Below are positions 52,062-64,000 of a stretch of DNA of 64,000 nucleotides, piece by piece (positions within the stretch are counted from its first letter, which is position 1; every line of letters begins with the position of its first letter). Source of the stretch: Octopus sinensis (lineage: Eukaryota); assembly GCF_006345805.1 (NCBI RefSeq), contig NC_043003.1, forward strand, positions 5,890,001 to 5,954,000, in the 5' to 3' direction. The position numbers and the translations under genes are program-made. The notes under the pieces are model-generated. The model had not been told where the DNA came from. It ran no database searches and saw only the letters and a program-made list of their open reading frames with translations.

Positions 52062-52473
52062 GGCGGCGTAATGGCCCAGTAGTTAGGGCAGCAAACTCGC
52101 GGTCGGAGGAACGTGGTTTCGATTCCCAGACCGGGCGTTGTGTGTGTTTATTGAGCGAAAACACCTAAAGGTCCACGAGGCTCCGGCAGGGTGTGGGGGT
52201 GGCGACCCCTGTTGTACTCTTTCGCTCCAACTTTCTCTCACTCTTTCTTCCTGTTTCTTGTCCGTGACTTCCTACGCAACTGCTGAGCCTTGATGCGCAT
52301 TCATCCATCCGTCGATGCTCTCGGTGTCGGGAGTTGACCTGCTTTCTCTTCTTCTGCGGGTCTTACGAATAGCAAAAGCATCACGTTTCGGACTTCTCCC
52401 ACTACAGAGGCGCGAACTTGCGAGCTCTGGGATGAAGACCGCTTTGCTCAACAAACAAACAAACAAACAAACA
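52062..52473 (+). mobile_element. family-C tRNA-derived SINE with (AAAC)n tail
   Basis: A box tggcccagtagtt, B box ggtttcgattccc, GC-rich body, (AAAC)n end; a head fragment also lies at ~41192-41212. Confidence 0.75.
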
Positions 52474-52620
52474 AGCTGAGTCCTTTTCCTTCTGACTATT
52501 TTCCGATCATCCCTCATTTGATTTGTTCTGCCACTGTTAGAACCAGATCTGTTCTTTTGTCATTATCTCCAGCTTACTTTTATATTCTTCATATTGTCCT
52601 AACCAAAGTCGTTGCTGCAT

Positions 52621-52652
<32 letters not shown>

Positions 52653-52799
52653 GGTGGTGTTGGTGCTGTTGTTGTGGTTGTTGTTGTGTTTGCTAATGTT
52701 TCACTTGTATTGCATTCGGCATTCTTACAGTTTTATGTGATGGCAATTGGAGTTGACATTGTTGTTATTGTTGCTTCTTTACTGGGGCTGCAGTGACGC

Positions 52800-53154
52800 A
52801 CGCGCAAGCGCACACACACACACACGGCTCAGTGTATGTATATGTTTGTGGTTGTACAAGTATGTGGGCGGGTGTGTTTTATTAAATCATATATATATAC
52901 ACATATGCAAATATGTGTATATAAATGTATATAAACATATAAATATTCATTGATATATACGTCTACACACACACATATAAATATATATAGATACATGAAC
53001 ATAGATATATATATATATGTATATATATATACATATATGTGTGTGTGTGTGTGTATGTATATGTATATATCTATTACATATGTGTGTGCGCGTGTGTAAA
53101 TATATGTTTGTGTGTGTCTGCTTGTGTTAAAATATCCTCGCTCACTATATGGTG

Positions 53155-53188
<34 letters not shown>

Positions 53189-53355
53189 ATATATATATAT
53201 ATTATATATAATATATATATCTATATATACATATGCATATCTATTGTGTGTATGTATATCTAATATAAATATGTGTATTATTATATATATCATATATCTA
53301 CATATGCGTTCACATAATATTACATGATACAATCACACACACACACACACCACAC

Positions 53356-53397
<42 letters not shown>

Positions 53398-55224
53398 ATA
53401 TGTATGTGTGTACGCGTGTGAGTGTGTGTGTATATATATTTAATACGATATGATATAATATATATATAATAACATATACACACACACGCTCATAGATATA
53501 TATGTGTATGAAGATTCTAGTTTATATTTCTTTTGTAGCTTAATAATCTTACCATTATTACAGGAAATGTTGTTGTGGTTGCTATTATTGTTATTGTCCT
53601 TGTTACTGTTGCGGTTAATATTGTTGTTGTTGTTGTTGCTGTTCTTCTTCTACTTCCTCCTCCTTCTCCTCCTCTTCTTCTTCTGCTTCTTCTTATAATT
53701 ATTGTTAGTAGTATAACCATCGTCATTATCATTATCATAGTCATTACTACTACTACTGCCACTACTACTACTACTAATACTAATACTACTACTACTACTA
53801 CTACTACAGCTATCTATAATTTTTGTTATTTACCATTATTACTACTACTGCTACTAATGCTGTATTATCATTAGTATTAGTAATTTTATCCTTGCACCGT
53901 GTGATGAAAATTGTTAATATTCATATTATAAACTTCATTCTATTGTTTAAATTGTTGTTGTTATTGCTCCTGTCGTTATGAGTTGCTGCTGTTGTTGTTG
54001 TTCTTGTTCTTTGTTTTCTCTGTTTGTTTTTTATATTGCTATCGGTGTTGTTTTTATTTATATCTTAAGCATTTTTTTTCCCTATTTTTTGTTACAACTG
54101 TCAAAAAGTTGTTAGGAATTATAAAAGTTCTAATTACATGACACGTTGCTATGTAATTGTTGGAGACATTCGGCATTGTGCGCTGATTGTATACAATGTA
54201 TTACTGATAAAGTTTACATACACAGCCACAAGAAACCATACAGACACTCGCATAAATACAATTATACATACATACACGCACGCAAATATACATACTTTCA
54301 TACATATATACATGCATACATACATACATACGTACATTCATACATACATACATATATTCATACATACATATATTCATACATGCATACATACATACACACA
54401 CGCAAACATACATACATTCATACATACATACATACATACATACATACATTCATTCATACATACATACATACATACATACATACATACATTCATACATACA
54501 TACGTACATACATACATACATACATACATACATACATTCATACATACATATATTCATACATACATACATACATTCATACATACATACATACATTCATAGA
54601 TTCATATACATACATACATACATGCATACATACATACATATATTCATACATACATACATATATTCATGCGTGCATACATACATACACACACGCGAACATA
54701 CATACATTCATACATATTTACATGCATACATACATACACACATATATACATACATACATATATACATACATACATACGTACATACATTATAACACAGACA
54801 CATCACAATAGACAAAGATAGACACTGCATACATATGTGTGTGCGTGTGTGTGTCAGTGTCTATGTGTATGTGTGCGTTTATATTGATGCATGTATAAAT
54901 TTCGATTTCATTAGGAGGAAATATAGGTGTGTAGATATAAAAACATTGTCACAACATATTTACGGATACAGGCACGTAAGTTTGTAAATGCGCCAGAATG
55001 CATTTTAATAGAATGTCTTCCTGGGGTTATAAAACACACGCGCGCGCACACACTTATATATAATGAACAGGGTAAATTGTATCTGTATATATATATATGC
55101 ATATATACATATGAATATACATATATATATATATAGATACACATGTATGTATATATATCTGTATATATATAAGTATATATAAATATTTATATATATTATG
55201 TATATATATGAATATATATACATA

Positions 55225-55310
<86 letters not shown>

Positions 55311-55374
55311 TATATTTTTAGAAAGGAAGAGGGGCTAAGATATAAACTTACATAAACACAAATGTACGTTTGCA

Positions 55375-55432
<58 letters not shown>

Positions 55433-55481
55433 TGCATATATATATAGAGAGAGAGGGAGAGACAGAGAGAAAGAGAGAGAT

Positions 55482-55529
<48 letters not shown>

Positions 55530-55876
55530 GTAGATATTGATATATGTATAAATATACATATATATCATATATATGTATATGTATGTATATATATGTAAGT
55601 ATATATATATATATTTATATGCAAATATATATATATATACATACAGACATACATATATAATTTACATGCATGCGTTTATTGGGCGATGTGACTCTGTCAG
55701 TACCTGTCTGCGCTTACGTATCTTTCTCAAGTCAGATATTATGGACATTTGGAATATTAACCTTATACTATACATTAAATATTTATGCATTAAAATGTGT
55801 TGATATATTAATATATACACTCGTAAATCTTTCCATGTTCATTCGCATAATTTCATGCATTTATACGAATAGATAT

Positions 55877-55938
<62 letters not shown>

Positions 55939-56097
55939 ATATGTATATGTATATGTATACATATACATACATATAGAGACATCGTTATATATATCTTTAA
56001 GTATGTACGTATCTACCTATCGCTCAACCTATTTGTATATATACATCATATATATACACATACGCACATACACTCACACACACACACACTCATATAA

Positions 56098-56129
<32 letters not shown>

Positions 56130-56225
56130 TTGTGGATGTGTATGTATACATACATACATATATACATACATACATACATACATACATACATACATACTAC
56201 ATACATACATACATACATACATACA

Positions 56226-56254
<29 letters not shown>
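52800..56254. repeat. simple-repeat zone (TA, TG, TTG, TAC, long CATA/CATT array 54255-54790, GATA)
   Basis: Direct reading. Confidence 0.85.
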
Positions 56255-56256
<2 letters not shown>

Positions 56257-57826
56257 TCGGTGGTCGGTTCCCTCTCGTTCCCGAGCATTGGGCTCGTTCG
56301 TTTCTATCCAGTCACCTCGGCTGATGTTTGTGCTGAAAGTGACTTTGAGTCCAAATCGGTGGTGTAAGAGTCGTTGCTAAAACTCGCATGTGATGGTCGG
56401 TGCAGGTCGAGTATGTTGAAGATGCTCTTTTCTTCTCTTGCGTTTTGCCTCCTTATTTCGTTGTCTGTTCTGCTAGCTCCATTGCGGATAGCTGTCCTCC
56501 AGGCTGTCCTGTCCATGGCAATCTGTTCCCAGGAGGATGGCTGGATGTTAGCTTGAGGAAAGGTCCGTTTCAGCTGATCTTAAAAATGAAATTTCGGACC
56601 TCCGCTTGGTCTTGTTCCAATTGCAAGTTCTCCGTAGAGCATAATCCTTGGGAGACGAGAGGGCTCCATAAGCTGGACGTAACCCGCCCAGCGGAGACGA
56701 TGGCATAGAATGGTGGATTGGACACTTGGTAATGAGGTGCGGCGAGGTACTCGTTGTTCGTAACGTGATCTTCCCATTGTATGTTGAGGATCTGTCGTAG
56801 CTTCGATTGCTGGAAGCATTCAAGGCGCTTGAAGTTACGGTTGTACAACATCCAAGTCTCATAAGCGTAGAGTAGAGTTGACAGGACAATGGCACGGACG
56901 ACCAACGCGTGATTTAAGAATACACGTTGGCTGTGTCTGCCGAAAACGGATTGGGCCTCGCCATTCCGGTTCTCCACGTCCCTTTCACACGTGGTGGTCT
57001 TCGAAATGATACTTCCAAGGTATGTGAAGTGTTCAACTTCTAGGAGTTTAGCCGTTGATGCTAATGTTTGTGGGTGGACCGTCCTGGCCTCATGCAGGTT
57101 GGATTAGCGTCTTGGTCGTTAATGTGTTTAGCTACATCGCGAAGCGTTCGTAAACCACGTTATAAAGTTCGGCTGTCCTTTGTAGGCCATCTGCGGCCCG
57201 GCTCGGTGTGGCATTGTCGTCGGTATATTGCATCTCACGGTCTGAGTTAGCTGAGGTCATCGTCTTTGCTGGGAGGCGTGCGAGATTGAAGGGTCCGCCA
57301 TCCAAACGATAACGCATGTTGATGGAAGACAATTTCAGTTGGATTTCGTTGAATATGGCGGCCATGTACAAAGTCAAACAGGTTGGTGCCAGGACGCACC
57401 TTTGCTTAACATCCACAGTGATGAGGAACGGGTCTGTGAGGGCATTTTGATGGCATACCCTACCCACCATGCCGTCGTGGCGGGAGCGGACCAGTCCTAT
57501 AGACATCCAAATCGAGCAAGGACTGCCCGGGGGCCTTATTACTGAATTTCTTTAGATCCCAGATGAACATTGCAGGCTGTTGTTGTTCCTGACATTTCTC
57601 CTGGGGCTGACGGGCACAAAAGATCATGTCGATTGTGCGTTGAGAGGGTCAAAAGCCACAATGGGACTCAGGGTGAACGTTTTCCGCGAGGATGAGAAGG
57701 CGATTGAGTAGGATACGAGTGAAGATCTTACTTACAATACCCAGGAGTAAGATGGCCGATAGTTGTTGCAATCCTCTCGGTCTCCCTTCTAGTAGAGGGT
57801 GATGATAGTTGCATCGTAGAAGTCGT
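56255..57826 (-). mobile_element. RTE (BovB-like) LINE, 5'-truncated and degenerate, with (ATGT)n tail
   Basis: DATIITLY.KGDREDCNNYRP, F.V..DVKQRCVLAPT, MQYTDDNA, LLYAYETW, LRWAGYV..M..SRLPR.MLYGEL..G.RPSGGPK, DRTAWR; (TACA)n abuts the 3' end. Confidence 0.9.
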
Positions 57827-57899
57827 TAGATTTATAGTGTTGGAATTATACAGAGATGACAAGCTCATATTAGCAAGCACGAAAAATGCCCGCATATTA

Positions 57900-59450
57900 A
57901 ACTGTCTTAGAAGAGAGTTAATGAATTTAGGAGCTTTGGCCTAGAGATTACTCTTGGTACAAACACTAATGTAGTAAACACCTTAGACATCCATATGAAC
58001 CTAACTTTAGGAACCTAGATCCCTAATAGAAAACCGAATGAAGACATAAGGTATATAAAGAAAAATTTTAAGAACAACAATAAACACCCGTAAAATAATC
58101 TAATAGTGAAACCTCGGACTGAACTGCTATATTTTACAGCGAGGCCCTGAAAAGAAACAGCTAGAGCGATACGATATAATATATCTCTCATCAAGAAAAC
58201 CAGGGAAGCGTAAATTTATGGTATGACCCACTTTTATTTTAAACGTTAAAAACCAATATTGCTAGGTTTTTAAATTTCATAAACAAACGCTTCCCTAACG
58301 CTTCACCAAATCTTTTATGGATGCAATTTCAAATATAGTTAAAGCTGCAAGGATAACTTCGCCTCTTCCCAAGATAGAATTAATAGGAAAAATCCACACT
58401 CCCACCAATAAATAATTCGTCATCTCAATTTAACTGCTTCAACAATATCATATTCCTTCTAAACCGTAAAAACCTTCAAAAAATTGCTTACTCTACTAAA
58501 TTTCAAACAACAAAGATAAGTTAAACCTGCGTAAACAGCATTGATTGTTACAGTCTCCCGAATCTGATAGCATTACAAAACACTACAAGAGGATGACAGA
58601 TCTAAGAGAAGGTATATTCAGCATATGCACTTTTTTTAGTGCAGGAAGGGACAAAATTCTACACCGTGTCTCGCTTTATCTGGAAACTCTCTGACCGCCG
58701 GAGATACTTCCCCAAAACGAAATAGAGTCTCATTGACAGGGTTCGTCTATACATACCTGGAATTCACAATCACCAACGCTGCTTCCTCCGATAGATTACA
58801 TATAGTCCACTAATCTGCAAGAGGAATGAAGTATTATTGTTGACACCAGAGGAATGCCTTGTTAAGTTCTGTCCACTGGCACCCTATAGTCCAGATAAAC
58901 CACCTTAGACTTGCCTACTCTATACTTAAGAGCACAGTACTTAATCCTGCTACCCGTATAAACTACAGCCTAATCCACGTTGACAACCCTAACCCTACCA
59001 AACTGAGTAATCCAATACCACCAAATCTGGTTACTTCCACACAAAGTCTGTTGCCGCAGTATGTTTGTTTTCCACTAAACCGCAACAAGAAATGTAACGA
59101 ACTGATGTCGCTAAATAAACAATACCACACATTCCAGGCAGAATGGTGATAACTGCCTAGCACAGCCTGTCCGATCACATGGAACTGAGGACAGAGATAA
59201 GGTCTTTCCAAACCAATAGCACCACGTGATCTGAGTTGACCAAGAGAGTCCTAACATGAAGAAGCCCTCTCGAATTTGTCGCATTTCTTATTGCTTGATA
59301 TTCAAATGCCTGACGAGTTAGGTTCGTTCAAGGAAAATACGAAACTTATGTAGCATGCAGCTGATTTAAACTGCTATTAAATAATATTTGTAACTCGTAA
59401 CAAATGTGTCCAGTGCCACATTCTTCCATTAGTTTACTCACTTGTATATA
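57900..59450 (+). mobile_element. Penelope-like element remnant (thumb, endonuclease linker, pLTR)
   Basis: VNTLDIHMNLTLG..RKPNEDIRYI; WYDP..NVKTNIARFLNFINKRFP; KRNEV; hammerhead at 59306-59356. Confidence 0.75.
59306..59356 (+). ncRNA. type I hammerhead motif, intact core, weak stem II
   Basis: atgc-CTGACGA-..-GAAAC-ttat-GTA-gcat. Confidence 0.6.
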
Positions 59451-59460
59451 TTTATATATA

Positions 59461-59487
59461 CTAGCGGGACCCGTGAATATTTCACGG
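59461..59487 (-). mobile_element. possible Helitron 3' terminus
   Basis: CTAG|T on minus at 59461-59464 next to a perfect hairpin ccgtgaa-tat-ttcacgg (59471-59487); 5' end not located. Confidence 0.45.
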
Positions 59488-60850
59488 AATTAATGGTATA
59501 CTTATTGGTTTATTTCTGATAACTATTTCCGCCAAAACCTGAAAACGTATCCTGCGTTGTGTCTGTAGCAAAAGATGGTTGCTCATCTGCTAATCATTGA
59601 AAAGTGAAGGAAATTGGAATACGATGATGATTACTAAATACTCTTCATATTTACACTTTATATACTTTATGCATAATTTTATAGACTTAATACACAGGAA
59701 TCTCCCTCTTTCTCTTTGACTATTCGCCTATCCCTCTTTTTCGTTCGCTCTTTGCCTTTCCCTTCAGCTAATCACATGAAAGCGTTACAAACGGGCTAGG
59801 TAATGGAGGAAAAGATCTTAGCTAAGAAACATTTTAGTTAAAAAAATCTCATTCCATTTACCACCACTACGCCACCCCTGTCCCCCACCTTTCCTCTTTC
59901 CTACTTCTTCCCTCCCACACCCACTCACCTCCCTATTACCCCCTTCTCCTCAACAAATCACGTGGAATCGTTATGGACGGGCTAAGTAACAGAGCAACAA
60001 GCAGAATTATTATGTGGTTGTGTGTACGTCTGCATGTGTACGCGCGTGAGTATGTGTTTGAGTTTATGGCCTAAAATGAAGAAATGGGACTCATTACCCA
60101 AAAGCAGAACATATAGACGTTTTTGTTGCATATATTGGTTGTAAGTTTGCATAAGCCATTCGGTTTTCAAGACTTTCCTGCGATACATCTACGAACACAT
60201 AATTACTACTCCAACGAAACTCTAGCTCCTTGCATCACTTACGTAGCTTTTCAGCCGATATATCGACGAGAAACTCGTCCACTCTCTGTTATTCGACTGT
60301 GGTTTCGGCTAATGTTTTGTACAAGCGTGGTCATTGCAGCCTCACTTTGGCCGTGTTGAATTTCATTCGACCAGTTCCTGTTTCATTTCTTGTTTGAAAC
60401 GAACGCCATTATTGGTCGTATATTGTAACATAGAAGCGAGATATAAAATAAATTTGCATATGATTGTATCAATAAACAACATTATAAATATATTCTCTAT
60501 AATATTTTAATATTTTAATGTATAAACATATTACTACAAATATATTAATATCGAAGTATGTGTACGTATAAATACATATAATGTGTAAATATTGTATACG
60601 ACTAACATATTTTACTGTAGATATATCAATGGTTCTTCGTCGGTTTCGGCGATGAGTATTCAATTCTCGATTAGCTGAATTACCTATTCCGAACTAATGT
60701 GTAAACTGGCTGAGTATTCCAAACATAAATATTCATCCTCAAACAGAATCAGCGTGGCACGGTGTGTGATAAGGTTTCATGCTTTTTAATTATGGATGCA
60801 ATCAAAACGAGGGGCTTCCTTCCAGTATCCACCTACTTAATTTCTTTCAT

Positions 60851-61070
60851 AAGGCGGCGAGCTGGCAGAATCGTCAGCACGCCGGGCGAAATGCTTAGCG
60901 ATAATTTATCTTTCCTTACGTTCTGAGTTCAAATTCCGCCGAGGTCGACTTTGCCTTTCATCCTTTCGCGGTCGATAAAGTAAGTACCAGTTGCGTACTG
61001 GGGTCGATCTAATCCACTGGTCCCCTTCCTCCAAATAAATGTCGGGTCTTGTGCTTAGAGTAGAAAAGAA
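60851..61070 (+). mobile_element. family-A SINE with alternative tail 2
   Basis: Head, B box, central domain, then tccccttcctccaaataaatgtcgggtcttgtgcttagagtagaaaaga. Confidence 0.9.
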
Positions 61071-61284
61071 TTTCTCTTATAAAGTAAGGATCGACTCGAA
61101 TCTACAGAAAATCATATTTGTCCAGGCTGCAGTGCAGTGCGTTCGAAACCGGGGCGCGTCGATGTGAATCTAACTTAGTATTTTGTTATATTCTTTAGAA
61201 TATAAATTTGGTAATATTCTCTTTCTCACACACACAAGCGGTGACACACGCGCGTGTATGTATGTGTGTATCTGTGAGTGTGTT

Positions 61285-61319
<35 letters not shown>

Positions 61320-61422
61320 ATTAGTGTCTACCAAATTGTGTTACTGTGTTTCTAAATATATAATTATACTGGTGTATAAGTGAACGAATATAATTAAAAT
61401 TGTAACCGATTCAATCATGCTT

Positions 61423-61455
<33 letters not shown>

Positions 61456-63474
61456 ACTCACACAGTGCGTAGCTAAAGCATAGAACTGTTGTAGAATCTA
61501 ATGGACTGGCCAACGCGATCTTGCTTCCTGGCTGTCGAGATCTTTTTAATCACGGGAATTATTGTTCATTAATATCCAGAAAGTAGCTTTGCTTACATTA
61601 TTAAGATATCTTTATAAATAAATATATTACTGTTTAATTATATAACTGTACAAACATCATAATGGAGTTGATATATTCATGGAAACAGTTGATTTCTTGT
61701 GGATTGGAGCAAAATATAGAAATTCTATTGAAATGAAACTTCTGTAAGATACGTGAAGAGATAAAGCTCTCGGTGCTTCTCAAACATTACTCATAACCAC
61801 TTCTGGGAATGACATGCTTTTCTTTGTGTTTTTCTGGTGATCGAGAGGGGGGGCTGAAAAGAGGAGTGAGAGGGAGTGAGGGTGAGATTGAGAGAGTTTT
61901 TCCTTTTATAATGTATCTTTTCTGTGTTGCCTAATTTTGCAACATGACTGCCAAACATCCCAAATGTCTCTAAATTAAATAGGAATGAATGCTGTAGAGC
62001 TTACAGAGAGACCGAATCGATGTAATCTAGAGAAAATTCTAAATATTTCTTTAAATATCTTCTGAATGGAGATTCGTACAAGACAACAAAAATCAATACA
62101 TTTTTTTTTCCTTTACTTTTGCAGGAATTGAAAGTTATCAGTTACACGCCATAAGATTCTGCTCCACATACTTACACTCTTCGAAATGTACGCAGATTAT
62201 GGTAGATCTAGCATGGAACAGATTATGGTAGATTTAGCATGGAACAGAGTACATAAGATTGTTGAATGTTGTGGCATATATAATGTAGATAATGTGATAT
62301 GGTTTGTTTAAAGACATTGAACAGAGAAAGAGAGACAGACAGACAGGCAAACACAGAGAGAGAAAGTAAGAGTAAGAGAGAATCTTCGACATTTCTCAGC
62401 AATAAGGTGTCAGAGTTGTTACAATTCTGAGAAAATAACTGAGAAATCAAATGCCTGTGCCTCTATGTGGTTGTTTAAGGTGCTAAAATAACACCCAAGT
62501 TTCCCTCAAGTCCTGATCTATTGTGTTAATAAATGCAATAAGCATTGGATAACGAGGTCCAAAGAACTAACATGGAATGGATTTGATTTGATTTTGATTT
62601 TTCCAGTTTCAGCTAATGAGCTGTGACCATGCTGGGGCACCGCCATTTAGATGTGTCTATTTATTTTGGTTTTTATTGCATGTCTGTCCGATCGTAGTTG
62701 ACCTGAGTTTAAACAGCAACATAAACCAGCGGCAATGCAAAACCAGCGACCGAGACTATAAATGGTCTCTCAGTTTGCTAGAAATAGCTGCTAAGTCAAT
62801 CTTATATGACATCTTGCCTTCATACAGGATGAAGTGGTTCGGGGTATGCGCAATCTGTGAAAAAGGGGACCGTGACAGCTGAAAGATGTTTAATCTATCA
62901 AAGTGAACAAGGAATGCAATGATTGCCATAACCATCTGCTATGCCTGCGTTTTGTATCAAATGACCCGTGCCGTACCAAGTCTACCTGCTGTGATCATGT
63001 GATTTCTGGTCACATGATCACGGCAGGCCCACATGGGTAGATGCAGGTTTCAGTTTATAGTTTGGAGGCTTATCCGATATCTTTCGTATATGGGGTCCCT
63101 TGGTGATGGAGTGGGGGGATTATAAGAGAGGTAGTCAGTCTTATTTGGTAACACATTGCAATAACCGGGGAGAGAGAGGTGGGGAGAGAGAGACAGAAGA
63201 GAGAGAGAGAAGAGAGAGAGGGGAGTAGGAAAAGAGAGAGGAAGAGGGAAGATAAATAGATAGACAGACAGGCAGAGAGGCTGTGTAATAATTAAATCAA
63301 ATAGAGAGAGAGAGAGTGAGAGAGTCTGAAGAACAGAGAGAGTCAGAGAGAGAGAGAGAGAGTCTGAGGAACAGAGATAGTCAGAGAGAGAGAGAAAGAG
63401 AGAGAGAAAGAATGATGGGCGTCAAAGGGAGAGAATGAGGCTGGAGGAGGGATTGACTGCAGAATTTGACAACT

Positions 63475-63610
63475 TGACTCATTTTTATCAAGTGGAAAAG
63501 AATGAAAGGCAAATATGACCTTGGTAGGATTTGATCACCGAACGTAGAGAATTGAAACTAACACTACGAGGTACATATCCGACGCTCTACCAATTCTGCC
63601 AATCACCTGA
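63475..63610 (-). mobile_element. degenerate family-A-like SINE
   Basis: ttttatcaagtggaaaagaatgaaaggcaaatatgaccttggtaggatttga..ctctaccaattctgcc. Confidence 0.6.
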
Positions 63611-64000
63611 GTTAAGTCAGCGAATAAACTGGACAGCATTGTTGAACATTATTGTATTGGCGCCATCATTAATGGTGACAGCTTATTGAATAAACAGAAC
63701 GGCACGTTTGTTCAAAATGGCGACTGATGCAATTAATTAAATTTCTTATCTAATAACTTCACACTGTATTGAATAGTGAAATGATACACCGAAAATTTAG
63801 TCAAAAGTTGGAGACTAATAAATCGTAAATGTAATAGAGCATGTCCTAGACAAAAGAGATGTGCCGCAGCAATAAATAAGTATAAAAGCACTTGGACCTC
63901 CAAAAGATAACCGTTTTTCTTATAATAATCCTGATTCACTGAACTGTAAAGCACATGAAATAATTCATTGAAAAAAATCTAATGATTTCTATTTAAGGCA

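Noticed and set aside
63655-63730. YY1-like CAAAATGGCG motif / possible promoter or start codon
   Set aside because: A single short motif; the ATG frame stops after 7 codons; no other promoter evidence.

Overview
This is AT-rich, microsatellite- and transposon-dense eukaryotic DNA, most likely intergenic or deep intronic. The SINE families resemble those described from Octopus, so a coleoid cephalopod is the likely source (inference, not database-checked). I recognise no intact host protein-coding gene, rRNA or bona fide tRNA; most ORF-track entries are simple-repeat artefacts or antisense TE frames. Identifiable content: decayed LINEs (RTE x3, CR1-type x3, R4/Dong 3' ends x3, Tx1/L1-clade x2), several Penelope-like element (PLE) fragments with hammerhead-ribozyme motifs, two Tc1/mariner remnants, non-autonomous Helitrons and many tRNA-derived SINEs. 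The most interesting signal is a set of four element types sharing a ~45-nt 3' tail (TGTCCCCTCTGTGTT..GCC.CTTGTG..CAATAAAG-like): a Tx1-type LINE, RT-less ORF1 (zinc-knuckle)-only elements, ORF-less ~445-bp minis derived from them, and a tRNA SINE. The minis and the SINE form head-to-tail concatemers. All alignments, translations and structures were done by eye; boundaries are approximate to about 10-30 bp.
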